A program made the position numbers and the translations under genes. A stretch of DNA of 64,000 bases, taken from assembly GCA_036343395.1 (NCBI GenBank), contig JAZASH010000002.1:12425-76424 (forward strand), in the 5' to 3' direction. How positions within the stretch are numbered: the first letter of the stretch is position 1; each line of letters begins with the position of its first letter. The notes under the pieces are model-generated. The model was not told where the DNA came from. It ran no database searches and saw nothing but the letters and a program-made list of their open reading frames with translations. Of the stretch, positions 28,669 through 38,266 are shown in pieces. Origin of the DNA: Eubacterium sp. GTDB lineage: Bacteria > Bacillota > Clostridia > Lachnospirales > Lachnospiraceae.

Positions 28669-29658
28669 ATGACAATACGATTTGCCCGTTATGAAGATAT
28701 TGATAGAGTGATGCGCTTTTACGGCGAAGTTTGGCGCGCTGACCATCCAATGGCTAGATATCGTGAGCTCATGGAGTATCAGCATTATGTCAACGGAGAA
28801 TTCAGATATGTAATAGCGGAGGATAGTGACGGTATATCCGGAGTTGTTGGATATATACAGTACAATGAATCCGCAACACCCGATATATCCTCGACCATGA
28901 TTTGCGTTAGGCCGGGGGCGGATGGACTCCTTAGTTTTGAAATGGTGGATTTCCTGGAGACGGAGACTCATTGCGAGAATCATTTTGGTTTGGGACTTGC
29001 GCCTGATAAAGGAGGTTTATTAGTACGCGCCAGAGGCTGTACGATGAAGCGGGTGAGTCACTTCTACAGGTTGAATAATTTGGATTGTTACCATGTTGCC
29101 AGGATTACAGATAAGCGAATATGTGAAGTGAATGCTGACGAAATAAAAGAACTGAGAGTACTTGAAAGCCCGGCAGATCTTTCGGATTTATTCCTGGAGG
29201 ATTATCTCAAGAGTAAAGTGCCATACAAGGATATCTCGTATTATACGCACAGGTACTTTGATCATCCCGTGTTCCGATATCATCTGTGGCAGTGGAACAA
29301 CGGAGTTATGGTTGGGAGAATCCAGGAGCTTGGTGAATACAGAGTTTTGAGGTTGGTTGATTGGATCGGAGATGATGATGATATAGCTGGAATCGGAGCG
29401 GGACTTGACACATTTATGAGGGAGGAGTCCCTGGAATACTGCGATTTGTATTGCTATGGGTTACCAGCGGATTGTATGAAAGCCGCCGGGTTTGAAGAAA
29501 GGTCAGAGGATGACGTGAACATCATTCCCAACTATTTTGAACCCTATGAACAGAGAAATGTTGAGTTGTTCTTCTCTCTCGGAGATAAGAATAAGGATTT
29601 GATTCACGTATTTAAGGGGGACAGCGACCAGGACAGACCCAATCGGCTTATGCTATAG
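28669..29658 (+). CDS. GNAT/FemAB-like fold putative acyltransferase
   Basis: MTIRFARYEDIDRVM; IIPNYFEPY...FKGDSDQDRPN; paralogue of 25075. Confidence 0.5.
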   Translation: MTIRFARYEDIDRVMRFYGEVWRADHPMARYRELMEYQHYVNGEFRYVIAEDSDGISGVVGYIQYNESATPDISSTMICVRPGADGLLSFEMVDFLETETHCENHFGLGLAPDKGGLLVRARGCTMKRVSHFYRLNNLDCYHVARITDKRICEVNADEIKELRVLESPADLSDLFLEDYLKSKVPYKDISYYTHRYFDHPVFRYHLWQWNNGVMVGRIQELGEYRVLRLVDWIGDDDDIAGIGAGLDTFMREESLEYCDLYCYGLPADCMKAAGFEERSEDDVNIIPNYFEPYEQRNVELFFSLGDKNKDLIHVFKGDSDQDRPNRLML

Positions 29659-29744
29659 GCATCTAAATGCCAGAGTATAATAAAAATGATTCTAGGTAAT
29701 TTATAAGAAACTAATGATAATAAGTTTCGGAATGGAGGGTGAAA

Positions 29745-29963
29745 ATGTCAACAGAAGAAAAAATCGAATTGTTAGAGGAAATCTTTGAAATGGACGAGGG
29801 GGAGCTTGATTTGGATGCCAATCTCGACGATGTTGAGGAATGGGATTCTCTCAGCAAACTCGCGCTGATGGCGGAGGTACGCACCAGAATGGGTGTTGCA
29901 CTGAGCGTTGAGAATGTGAAAAGTTTCAAGACGGTTCAGGATATTGTTGATTTCTTGAAGTGA
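29745..29963 (+). CDS. Acyl carrier protein 1
   Basis: 72 aa acidic protein; WDSLSKL phosphopantetheine Ser motif. Confidence 0.88.
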   Translation: MSTEEKIELLEEIFEMDEGELDLDANLDDVEEWDSLSKLALMAEVRTRMGVALSVENVKSFKTVQDIVDFLK

Positions 29964-29984
29964 TACGATCTGAGGGAACTCATT

Positions 29985-31016
29985 ATGGAAGCAGTATTTA
30001 AGGATATCAGTATCGAAGGAATTGCAGCTGTAGTGCCGGACAGGGTCGAAGAAAACAGCCGATGGGAAGACCTGATCGGGACCAAAAGACTTAAGCGACA
30101 GATTCGAATCACGGGAGTGGAACGACGCCATCTTCCGAAGGAGGGACAATCGGCAGCAGCTACATGTATGGAAGCGGCGAGATTGCTTTTCTCAGAGCTG
30201 AAGTGGGAGCCGAATTCTTTGGATTACCTGATTTTTGTTACACAGTTTCCCTCTTTTTTGTACCCGTCTACAGCATTCTATATCCACAAAAAATTGGGAT
30301 TGTCTAAGAAATGTGTAGTTTTCGATGTCAATCTGGGATGTTCTGGATTCACTGCCGGCATTCAGATTCTGTCTTCGCTAATGAGAAACATGGGTGACCG
30401 AGGTATGCTCTTGGCCGGGGATGCTGAGTACCGAACGGAGGATCAGAAGAATCGAGAAGACTATATTGAGCATGTCTGTGAGGATATGCTTTTCGGAGTA
30501 GCAGGATCTGCTGTGGCGCTGGAAAGGAAGCCGCATTCCCCGTTGTATGCAACACAGTATGCCGATGGAAACGGATATGATGTTATTCTGAGGACCGGCG
30601 AATATACAAAAATGAACGGCAGCGCAGTCTATGATTTTTCGATGGATGTGGTAGCTCCGAGTATCACGGAGTTTAAGAAAAAGTATTCATTGGCAGATGA
30701 AGATGTAGATTATTATGTATTTCATCAAGCACAAGGGCTGATTGTCAATGGAATCGGAGAAGTGTGTGGGATACCTGTTGAGCGAAATCTGACTTGCTTG
30801 AAAGATTACGGCAATACATCGAGTTCGTCTATTCCGTTGGCACTTTGCGTGAATAGAGATCGTTTGATTGAAAGCAAGACGGTGAGATTGGTTATGTGTG
30901 GATTTGGTATCGGCCTTTCATGGGCGACGCTTTATGCTGAAATGGATCCGAGACGAATCTACCCGGTAAAGATCAGTGAATGGACCCCGGAAGAGGAGGA
31001 CTGGCGTTATGATTGA
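29985..31016 (+). CDS. 3-oxoacyl-ACP synthase III (FabH-like)
   Basis: Intact triad: DVNLGCSG, VFHQAQ, YGNTSS; GFGIGLSW. Confidence 0.9.
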   Translation: MEAVFKDISIEGIAAVVPDRVEENSRWEDLIGTKRLKRQIRITGVERRHLPKEGQSAAATCMEAARLLFSELKWEPNSLDYLIFVTQFPSFLYPSTAFYIHKKLGLSKKCVVFDVNLGCSGFTAGIQILSSLMRNMGDRGMLLAGDAEYRTEDQKNREDYIEHVCEDMLFGVAGSAVALERKPHSPLYATQYADGNGYDVILRTGEYTKMNGSAVYDFSMDVVAPSITEFKKKYSLADEDVDYYVFHQAQGLIVNGIGEVCGIPVERNLTCLKDYGNTSSSSIPLALCVNRDRLIESKTVRLVMCGFGIGLSWATLYAEMDPRRIYPVKISEWTPEEEDWRYD

Positions 31017-31752
31017 TACAGGATTGGATGAAAAACTGATCATAGTGGCCGGTGCAACCGGCGGGATTGGGAGCGGAGTAGCGCGAAGGCTGGATCAAAC
31101 CGGGGCAAGATTGCTACTAGTGGGAAGAAGTGCAGAGAAGTTGGAAGAATTGAATCAGTCTCTCGATCAGGATGCTCTGACATATGTTGTTGATTTTGAG
31201 AAGACTGATGAACTAAAGAATGTATTTGTTTTTTTAAAAGAACACGGACTGAAGGCTGATGGGTTGGTGTTTACCGCTGGTGTGTGCGCGGATATCCCTA
31301 TTAAAGCAGTTTCTCCGGATGAGATGGAGAGAAACATGAGGGTAAACTATTTTGCATTTGTTGAATTGAGTCGACATTTTGCAAGCAAGAGGTACTCGAA
31401 TGATGATGGCAGTATTGTTGTAATGTCATCGATTGCTTCGTTGATGTGTGAAAAATCCATGAGCCAGTACGCAGCATCAAAGGCGGCAGTCAATGCAGTA
31501 ACCAGTACTATGGCGAAAGAGTTTGCAACGCGCCATATTCGTGTTAATGCACTTGCACCGGCTTTTGTTGATACCGAGATGGCATGGGGGACGGCGGAAT
31601 CGATGGATAACTTCGAAGAATACCTCAACAGACGAATGCCGTATGGGGTTATTCCGGTTGAAGAGATTGCTATGTGGACGGAGTTTTTGCTATCGGATGT
31701 TTCCGGGCATATTACCGGAGAAACCATTCGAATATCCGGTGGCATGTACTGA
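31009..31752 (+). CDS. SDR oxidoreductase (FabG-like)
   Basis: GATGGIG; YAASK; VNALAPAFVDT. Confidence 0.9.
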   Translation: MIDTGLDEKLIIVAGATGGIGSGVARRLDQTGARLLLVGRSAEKLEELNQSLDQDALTYVVDFEKTDELKNVFVFLKEHGLKADGLVFTAGVCADIPIKAVSPDEMERNMRVNYFAFVELSRHFASKRYSNDDGSIVVMSSIASLMCEKSMSQYAASKAAVNAVTSTMAKEFATRHIRVNALAPAFVDTEMAWGTAESMDNFEEYLNRRMPYGVIPVEEIAMWTEFLLSDVSGHITGETIRISGGMY

Positions 31753-31772
31753 TCAAAAGAAAGGATAAGACT

Positions 31773-32012
31773 ATGGATATGATTGAAAAATACAGAAATA
31801 CGTTTAAAAAGGCGTTTTCACTTGATGATGATTTTGACGTTGAGTCGTTACAGTTTAATGGCATTCCGGAGTGGGATAGCGTTGGCCATATGGATTTGGT
31901 GGCTGAGATTGAGGATGCCTTTGACATTATGCTTGAGACAGAAGAGATAATTGGGTTGGATTCGTATGCAAAAGGATTAGAAGTGTTGAGGGCTCATGAT
32001 GTATCAATATGA
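31773..32012 (+). CDS. Acyl carrier protein 2
   Basis: WDSVGHMDLV motif; 79 aa acidic protein. Confidence 0.88.
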   Translation: MDMIEKYRNTFKKAFSLDDDFDVESLQFNGIPEWDSVGHMDLVAEIEDAFDIMLETEEIIGLDSYAKGLEVLRAHDVSI

Positions 32013-33672
32013 TGCAATCAGGATTCGGGGGATTGTTTCTGCTATCCCGGATCAAGTACTGAACAATGCGGATTTGGCTAAGGGAGAAGATGAAAAAAGT
32101 GTTCTCCGGCAGATTCGAGTTACGGGTATAAAGAATCGTGTTGTGTGTCGCGATGGACAACGCGCGGCGGACCTGTGCATTCATGCTGCTGAGCGTCTTA
32201 TGGAGCGCTTGGGGTGGTCAGGAGATGATGTTACATGCCTTGTGTTTGTGACATCTTATGCCAGTTATCGGATTCCGTCCACTGCCTTTTTTATGAAAAA
32301 AGAACTAGGGTTGAAGGACGGTTGCCTTGCGTACGATGTTAATCTCGCATGCTCCGGATTTATTGTCGGGTTACAGACAATCGGTGCACTGTTTGAAGGG
32401 CGTGAGGAGGGCAGCAGGGCATTGCTCCTGGTTTCGGATACCACATCCGAGTCTGTAGATGGCAAGGATCCTGCTACGCGGATTCTGTTTGGTGATGCCG
32501 GCGTGGCAATTGCAGTTGAGAAGAATAACGGTTATCCACTCCGGTTTTTACAGATGTCCGATGGAAGAGGATATCGCGATATCATTCGTGAGGATGGAGA
32601 TCATGATTTCATAATGGATGGAATGTCGGTGTTCAATTTTTCTCTCGGGGATGTTGTTGAGACCATTAAGCAGTTTTTGAATGGAATCCGTGAAGAACGG
32701 ATAGAGGTTGATTACTATTATCTGCACCAGGCGCAGAAGTTCATTGTCGATAAGGTTGCAGATTTATCGGGTATTGGAAAAGAAAACGTTTCTGTGACCT
32801 ATGATCGGTATGGTAATACCGGGTGTGCGTCTATACCATTGACAATGTGTGAAACCAGTGGACGGTTTGTTGGCTCTATGAAGACGGTTTTTGCATGCGG
32901 GTTTGGAGCCGGACACTCATGGGGATGTGCATCGATGGTTATTGCCCCGGACACATACTTTGAAGTAATATCCTCCGGAGCAATCTATGATGATGGGATA
33001 CGGGAAGATGTAAGAGCTCTGAACAAGCTGGAATTAAATGGAGTAGAATCAAAGGATCTATGCGAGTCATCAATTTATCAAGGATATATTATCGAGAAGG
33101 CCGGGCTTGATTATAGTGGTGTGGGAGAGTTGACGGAAACCGTTAAGGCTTCTGCATGTGAAGCAATTGAAGGATATGATAAGAAGCGGATCAAGATCCT
33201 GATTTTGGTGACACAGGATGAGGAGTTCCTGTTCCCGTCGACAGCTTTTCGCATTCAGAAGGAGTTGGATATACCAAATGAATGTGTTGTCTATGATATC
33301 AATCTTGGAGCAGATGGCATGTTGACCGGAATTGAGACTGCAATGGGTCTGCTTAAACCGTATTCAGATGAAGATAAGGCACTTGTGATAGCGGCGGACC
33401 GGGAAGAATCTGTGTCGGTGATCGTTGGCAAAGATACTGTCGGACATGCTCGCTTTATGCATCTCAGTCGAGTCGATGACTGGGATATCACACATATAAG
33501 ACGTTTTGCAAAAAGAGTGGATCACCAATCTGAAATCGCCGGATCACCGGTTCCTATTGCGAGGCGATTAGTAGATGCGGTGAATTGCCCGGATGGTATT
33601 CATGCAGAATTGTCTGCGTACGGATCGGGGGGGAGTTTTACCCGTATGGAGTATTTATATGGAACTGAATGA
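31996..33672 (+). CDS. FabH-like synthase fused to a degenerate second KAS III domain
   Basis: Domain 1: DVNLACSG, YLHQAQ, YGNTG. Domain 2: FLFPSTAF...YDINLGADG (catalytic Cys replaced by Ala). Confidence 0.8.
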   Translation: MMYQYDAIRIRGIVSAIPDQVLNNADLAKGEDEKSVLRQIRVTGIKNRVVCRDGQRAADLCIHAAERLMERLGWSGDDVTCLVFVTSYASYRIPSTAFFMKKELGLKDGCLAYDVNLACSGFIVGLQTIGALFEGREEGSRALLLVSDTTSESVDGKDPATRILFGDAGVAIAVEKNNGYPLRFLQMSDGRGYRDIIREDGDHDFIMDGMSVFNFSLGDVVETIKQFLNGIREERIEVDYYYLHQAQKFIVDKVADLSGIGKENVSVTYDRYGNTGCASIPLTMCETSGRFVGSMKTVFACGFGAGHSWGCASMVIAPDTYFEVISSGAIYDDGIREDVRALNKLELNGVESKDLCESSIYQGYIIEKAGLDYSGVGELTETVKASACEAIEGYDKKRIKILILVTQDEEFLFPSTAFRIQKELDIPNECVVYDINLGADGMLTGIETAMGLLKPYSDEDKALVIAADREESVSVIVGKDTVGHARFMHLSRVDDWDITHIRRFAKRVDHQSEIAGSPVPIARRLVDAVNCPDGIHAELSAYGSGGSFTRMEYLYGTE

Positions 33673-34480
33673 GATAACGAAAAACTGCCATAAGATGAGA
33701 CGCCTGATTCTGGATATGGGTTATATTGCCCCACTTGGAGCTCATTTTGGAGCTGCATTGTCAGCTGTTGAGATATTTGCTGTTTTATATGGTGGGGTTA
33801 TGAATTTCTCAACGAAAATGTCGGTTTCCGAAAGGGATATTCTCGTTGTAGGGAAGGGGCATTGTGTACTATCATATTATGCGGCCCTTATGACCTATGG
33901 TTTTATGGATGAAGCTTTAGCTGAGACATTTGATCAGGATGGATCTAATCTTCAAGGACATCCGGCTATGGACGAAGGAGTTGGCATTGAGTTTTCCGCT
34001 GGAAGCCTGGGAATGGCATTGTCGCAGGGGGTCGGGGTGGCGCTCTCAAGGAAGATGAGGAATCACGATTCACGAGTGTATGTTATTCTTGGAGATGGAG
34101 AATGCCAGGAGGGAGCTATATGGGAAGCGGCTATGTCTGCTGCACACTTTAAACTTGATAACCTGGTTGTTGTTGTGGATCGAAATCACCTTCAGTATGA
34201 TGGTAATACTGAGAATGTGATGAGTTTGGGGGTATTTGACGATAAGTGGACGGCATTTGGATTCGAAGTGAGAAGAGTGGATGGTCATGATGTCAATGCG
34301 TTGTGTTCGGCATTGGCGAATAATCTGAAAAATGATAAACCGCTATGTGTGATTGCTGATACGGTCAAGGGGAAAGGTGTATCATTCATGGAGGGGAATC
34401 CAATCTGGCACAATCGTAAACTCCAGCAGAGAGAATACGAGCAAGCACTGGAAGAATGGAGGGAGGAAGATGCAGTTTGA
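33659..34480 (+). CDS. Transketolase N-terminal subunit
   Basis: HFGAALS...RDILVVGKGH...GSLGMALSQGVG...GDGECQEG...WHNR. Confidence 0.9.
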   Translation: MELNEITKNCHKMRRLILDMGYIAPLGAHFGAALSAVEIFAVLYGGVMNFSTKMSVSERDILVVGKGHCVLSYYAALMTYGFMDEALAETFDQDGSNLQGHPAMDEGVGIEFSAGSLGMALSQGVGVALSRKMRNHDSRVYVILGDGECQEGAIWEAAMSAAHFKLDNLVVVVDRNHLQYDGNTENVMSLGVFDDKWTAFGFEVRRVDGHDVNALCSALANNLKNDKPLCVIADTVKGKGVSFMEGNPIWHNRKLQQREYEQALEEWREEDAV

Positions 34481-35444
34481 CAAGAGAACAGCACGCAAAC
34501 TCTCTATGCTTGGATCGCGAGGAGCCTGTGCCAAGGGATTGGAAGAGATCCTGGATGAGGATGATAGAGCAGTCATATTGGCTGCAGATGTGATCCGTTT
34601 TTCCGGGTTGGAGGCAGCACAAGAAACACATCCCGATCGAGTAATCAATGTTGGAATCGCTGAACAAAACATGATTGGAATCGCTGCCGGTCTTGCGAAA
34701 GACGGTTGGCATGTATATGCCACGACTTATGCGAATTTCCTTGTGATGCGCGCGTTCGAGCAGGTGAGGATAAATGTTGGATACATGGGGTTCCCTATTC
34801 GGTTGATTGGCAGCTGCGGCGGAGTTGGGATGGGGAATCTGGGGTATACCCACTTTGCTGTTGAAGATATCGCGTTAATGCGAACGATACCTGGAATGAC
34901 TATTCTATCTCCCGCAGATGGGTGGGAAACATATAAGGCAACAAAAGCACTTAAAGATTACGACAAGCCGACATATTTGAGATTGTCGGGTGAGATGAAT
35001 ATGCCAATTGTATACAGAGAGGATTATGATTATCAAATTGGCAAAAATGTTTGTTTACGAGAGGGAAAAGATGTAGTTATTTTTGCGACAGGATCGATGG
35101 TGGCAACGGCGCTTGAGGTAGCAGAAAGGCTAGAGAAGGATTTGATTCAAACTGCGGTAATGGATATTCATACTATTTCCCCATTGGATGAGGAATTTGT
35201 TAGAAAATCTATTTGTGGCAGAAGCCTTTGTGTAACAATTGAGGAGCATAGTCTGATTAACGGGGTGGGAGACAAACTGTTTGGTGTGCTCGGACATGGA
35301 ACTGAATCAAAATTTATTCAAATTGGGTTTTCGAATGATGTAAAAAAAGCGGATACGCAAAATGCTGTTTTACAAAAATGTGGAATGGGGACAGAGGCTA
35401 TTTGTTCTAGAATTCTTTGTGAGATCAGAGAAGATACTGAATGA
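34470..35444 (+). CDS. Transketolase C-terminal subunit
   Basis: NVGIAEQNMIGIAAGLA...THFAVEDIALMRTIPGM...TIEEHS. Confidence 0.9.
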   Translation: MQFDKRTARKLSMLGSRGACAKGLEEILDEDDRAVILAADVIRFSGLEAAQETHPDRVINVGIAEQNMIGIAAGLAKDGWHVYATTYANFLVMRAFEQVRINVGYMGFPIRLIGSCGGVGMGNLGYTHFAVEDIALMRTIPGMTILSPADGWETYKATKALKDYDKPTYLRLSGEMNMPIVYREDYDYQIGKNVCLREGKDVVIFATGSMVATALEVAERLEKDLIQTAVMDIHTISPLDEEFVRKSICGRSLCVTIEEHSLINGVGDKLFGVLGHGTESKFIQIGFSNDVKKADTQNAVLQKCGMGTEAICSRILCEIREDTE

Positions 35445-35462
35445 ATTGAAGAGGAAAGTGAT

Positions 35463-37418
35463 ATGAAAGAAAAAGTGGTGAAGAATAAAAAAGTTAGAAG
35501 ACCTATGTACTATTTTCCGTACGATGAAATGCCACGCAATTCAAGACTCGTAATTTATGGTGCGAGTGGGTATTCATCTTTTTTAAGAGTGATGAATGAA
35601 GTTGAAAACTACTATAACATTATTTATTATGTAGATATAAAACACGAATTGTATGAGTCGATTAAGGAGATAGACGTTTATTCGCCCGAAACGCTTCTTG
35701 TTATGAATGATTATGATTATGTTGTAATATCTTCAGTGAGTCATGCAGAGGAAATCCAAAGAAAATTGTTTGATTTGTCTGTTCCTAAAGACAAGATTAA
35801 AACAATCTGTGGCGAAGATAGATTAGATGTCAGTAGATACTTAAATGATTTTAGTAATAAGATCTGTGATTATTATAAGAAATGTTTTAGTTATGGGGCG
35901 CGAGAATATGTGCCATATTTGGACGTAAACTCTAAGGAATATATCGATTTGAAACATTTTTTTTTAGAAAACGTCAAAAATGACAAGAACAATGCTGGAC
36001 TAAAAATGCGTGCGATACGATTTTTGGTGATGATGAAGGAGGACTCTGCAGAATTATATGATCAATTCTGCCGCCTGGTATCGAACGAAATACCGGATAA
36101 TGAACTTGATGGATTTTGTTTAGATTTTGCCCTTTGGAATTGGGAACATAGAGAGTGCATAAACCGAGACTATTTCAGGGAATCTCAAAATGCTCATATA
36201 AGGTTTGTTCGTTCTTTGCTAGATTCGCATGGGCATGTTGAGGAAGTCCTTAGTTTAAATCATAAGAATAATTCAAATAATGTTGTTGTAATAGTCTACC
36301 ATTTTTCTATCTATGATGGGATTATGGATGGGCCAACACGTGCTGCTGTTGAAACGTGCCATATGTTGAGTGAGCTGTGTGGCTATGATGTTGATCTGTT
36401 TGTGGAAGATACGCTTTCATTTGAATGGGATGAGGTCTCATATTATAGCTCAGAAAGAAAAGATTATGTATTTCAGTATTACAACCCGTTGTCGATAGAA
36501 CTAGTTAACGATGAGGATGTTGCATCTATTGAAAAATACGGATTTAACGTACATTTTCCAAGGATAAAGAATAGAAGAAAACGCATGATGAATCAGATTG
36601 CTGAGATATTTGCGTTGAATCCTAAAGCGGTTGTAAACCTATGTGGAGAGTATTCAATGGTTTCATTTGCGTTTATAAAAAAGATTCCGTTAATTAATGC
36701 TCCGTTATCTGGATGTCTTGTTTCGCTTCCTGCTGATGTGACAGTTGGTTCATTTGGGGTGGAGGATGTAGAAAAAGAGGTTTCTCAATATAACCTTGAT
36801 ACTTCTGTAAATTATCACAGTATACCGGTTTGGCCGCCGGGGTTTAGGATTCCGAATGGGACATATAAAAAAACAGATTATGGTATTAACGAGAATACAT
36901 TTTTAATGATAACTGTTGGAGTTGATCTTTCCAGATTGATTCCGGATGGTTTTATGGAGATGATGGAGAAGCTACTTGAAAACACTGATGATATTTGTTG
37001 GATGATAGTTGGACCGGATCATTTAAGAATAGACAAACGCTTGGTGGAAAACAAAAAGGTGATTCATATATATAGTGAGCCGAATTTGGGTGAGTTATAT
37101 CAAATGGCAGACATATATTTAAATATTCCCAGAAAAGGAGGCGGGTTGGGAATTGCTGAGGCGATTATCAATGAATTGCCCATACTTATGAATACGTATG
37201 AATCTGATGGGATGATGTGGATGGGAAAAGAAAACACTGTTCCTGGAGATGAATTGGACCTTAGAAACGAAATCATGCTGATACATGATGATAAAAACGT
37301 ATATAACAAATACAAAGAAATGATCAAGAAAAGAAAAGAATATTTGCTAGGCAACAAAAAAAAGGCGGCAGAGATGTGGAAGAGCATTATTGAAGGAATG
37401 GTCGGGGGATTAGGATGA
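35463..37418 (+). CDS. Putative GT-B glycosyltransferase with N-terminal Rossmann-like module
   Basis: YFPYDEMPRNSRLVIYGASG N-terminus; C-terminal WMIVGP...ADIYLNIPRKGGGLGIAEAIINELPIL (GT4-like). Confidence 0.6.
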   Translation: MKEKVVKNKKVRRPMYYFPYDEMPRNSRLVIYGASGYSSFLRVMNEVENYYNIIYYVDIKHELYESIKEIDVYSPETLLVMNDYDYVVISSVSHAEEIQRKLFDLSVPKDKIKTICGEDRLDVSRYLNDFSNKICDYYKKCFSYGAREYVPYLDVNSKEYIDLKHFFLENVKNDKNNAGLKMRAIRFLVMMKEDSAELYDQFCRLVSNEIPDNELDGFCLDFALWNWEHRECINRDYFRESQNAHIRFVRSLLDSHGHVEEVLSLNHKNNSNNVVVIVYHFSIYDGIMDGPTRAAVETCHMLSELCGYDVDLFVEDTLSFEWDEVSYYSSERKDYVFQYYNPLSIELVNDEDVASIEKYGFNVHFPRIKNRRKRMMNQIAEIFALNPKAVVNLCGEYSMVSFAFIKKIPLINAPLSGCLVSLPADVTVGSFGVEDVEKEVSQYNLDTSVNYHSIPVWPPGFRIPNGTYKKTDYGINENTFLMITVGVDLSRLIPDGFMEMMEKLLENTDDICWMIVGPDHLRIDKRLVENKKVIHIYSEPNLGELYQMADIYLNIPRKGGGLGIAEAIINELPILMNTYESDGMMWMGKENTVPGDELDLRNEIMLIHDDKNVYNKYKEMIKKRKEYLLGNKKKAAEMWKSIIEGMVGGLG

Positions 37419-38137
37419 ATATTGTCGATGCAATCTGGGAAAAGAGAAATCTGGGATGCCAATGTAAGGAGATTCTATTTGACAATAAGGATTCTTTAGA
37501 ATCTGTGGAATCTCAGCTAAATGTGATTGATTCTGTCCCTTATTTAGTATTAAGGGTGCCGGTGAATAGACCTGATATCGTTTCTTTTGTTCAGAAGATC
37601 GGGTTTAGGTACATAGAGTGTATTTTTCATTTTTCATACAGGTTGAGCCAGATTGTTCAGGGTGAAAAAAGATTTGATTTTGATTCCTTGTGCGATTGGA
37701 GAGAGATGAATCAAAATGACTTAGAGAGATTACAGAGTGAGATCAGGGCTGGGATGTTTGGTACAGATAGGGTGGCACTGGATCCGGTATTTTCTGCTGA
37801 AATTTCAGCCACAAGGTACATCAATTGGATTAATGATTTGTGTGAAAAGGGGATCATGCCAAACGTTGTGTTGTTTGATAATAAAGAGATTGGGTTTTTC
37901 ATTAACGAGCCCAAAAGCAAAGATGTTATTGATGGAATTCTAATAGGTATATACAACGATTTTAAGGGACTCGGGTATTATTTGCATATTGCATCACTTG
38001 TGGATAGTTACAATAAAGGATATAAGAAGTTGACAGGGAGAGTATCTAGCAATAACCCTGAGCAACTTCGCCTGATGTTTGAGACTGGTCAAAAGATTAG
38101 AAGGATTGATCAGGTGTTCATAAAGCATTGTGTATGA
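37415..38137 (+). CDS. WecD/RffC-like dTDP-fucosamine acetyltransferase (GNAT)
   Basis: FGTDRVALDPVF...RYINW...GRVSSNNP; adjacent to wecE. Confidence 0.65.
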   Translation: MNIVDAIWEKRNLGCQCKEILFDNKDSLESVESQLNVIDSVPYLVLRVPVNRPDIVSFVQKIGFRYIECIFHFSYRLSQIVQGEKRFDFDSLCDWREMNQNDLERLQSEIRAGMFGTDRVALDPVFSAEISATRYINWINDLCEKGIMPNVVLFDNKEIGFFINEPKSKDVIDGILIGIYNDFKGLGYYLHIASLVDSYNKGYKKLTGRVSSNNPEQLRLMFETGQKIRRIDQVFIKHCV

Positions 38138-38266
38138 ACCTGGAGACTTAAGGGATTTTGATTCAATTGGTATTATGTTCAGTTGGCTTGATGGCTTACA
38201 AACTACTTGTGCTTATAGTTGAACTTTGTTTCTAACTGATATTATAAATCTGATGAAAGGTGTAGT

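Noticed and set aside
33627-33633. G7 tract as a phase-variation site
   Set aside because: It encodes the Gly-rich GSGG turn equivalent to the FabH GxG motif at the very end of the gene, so slippage would matter little
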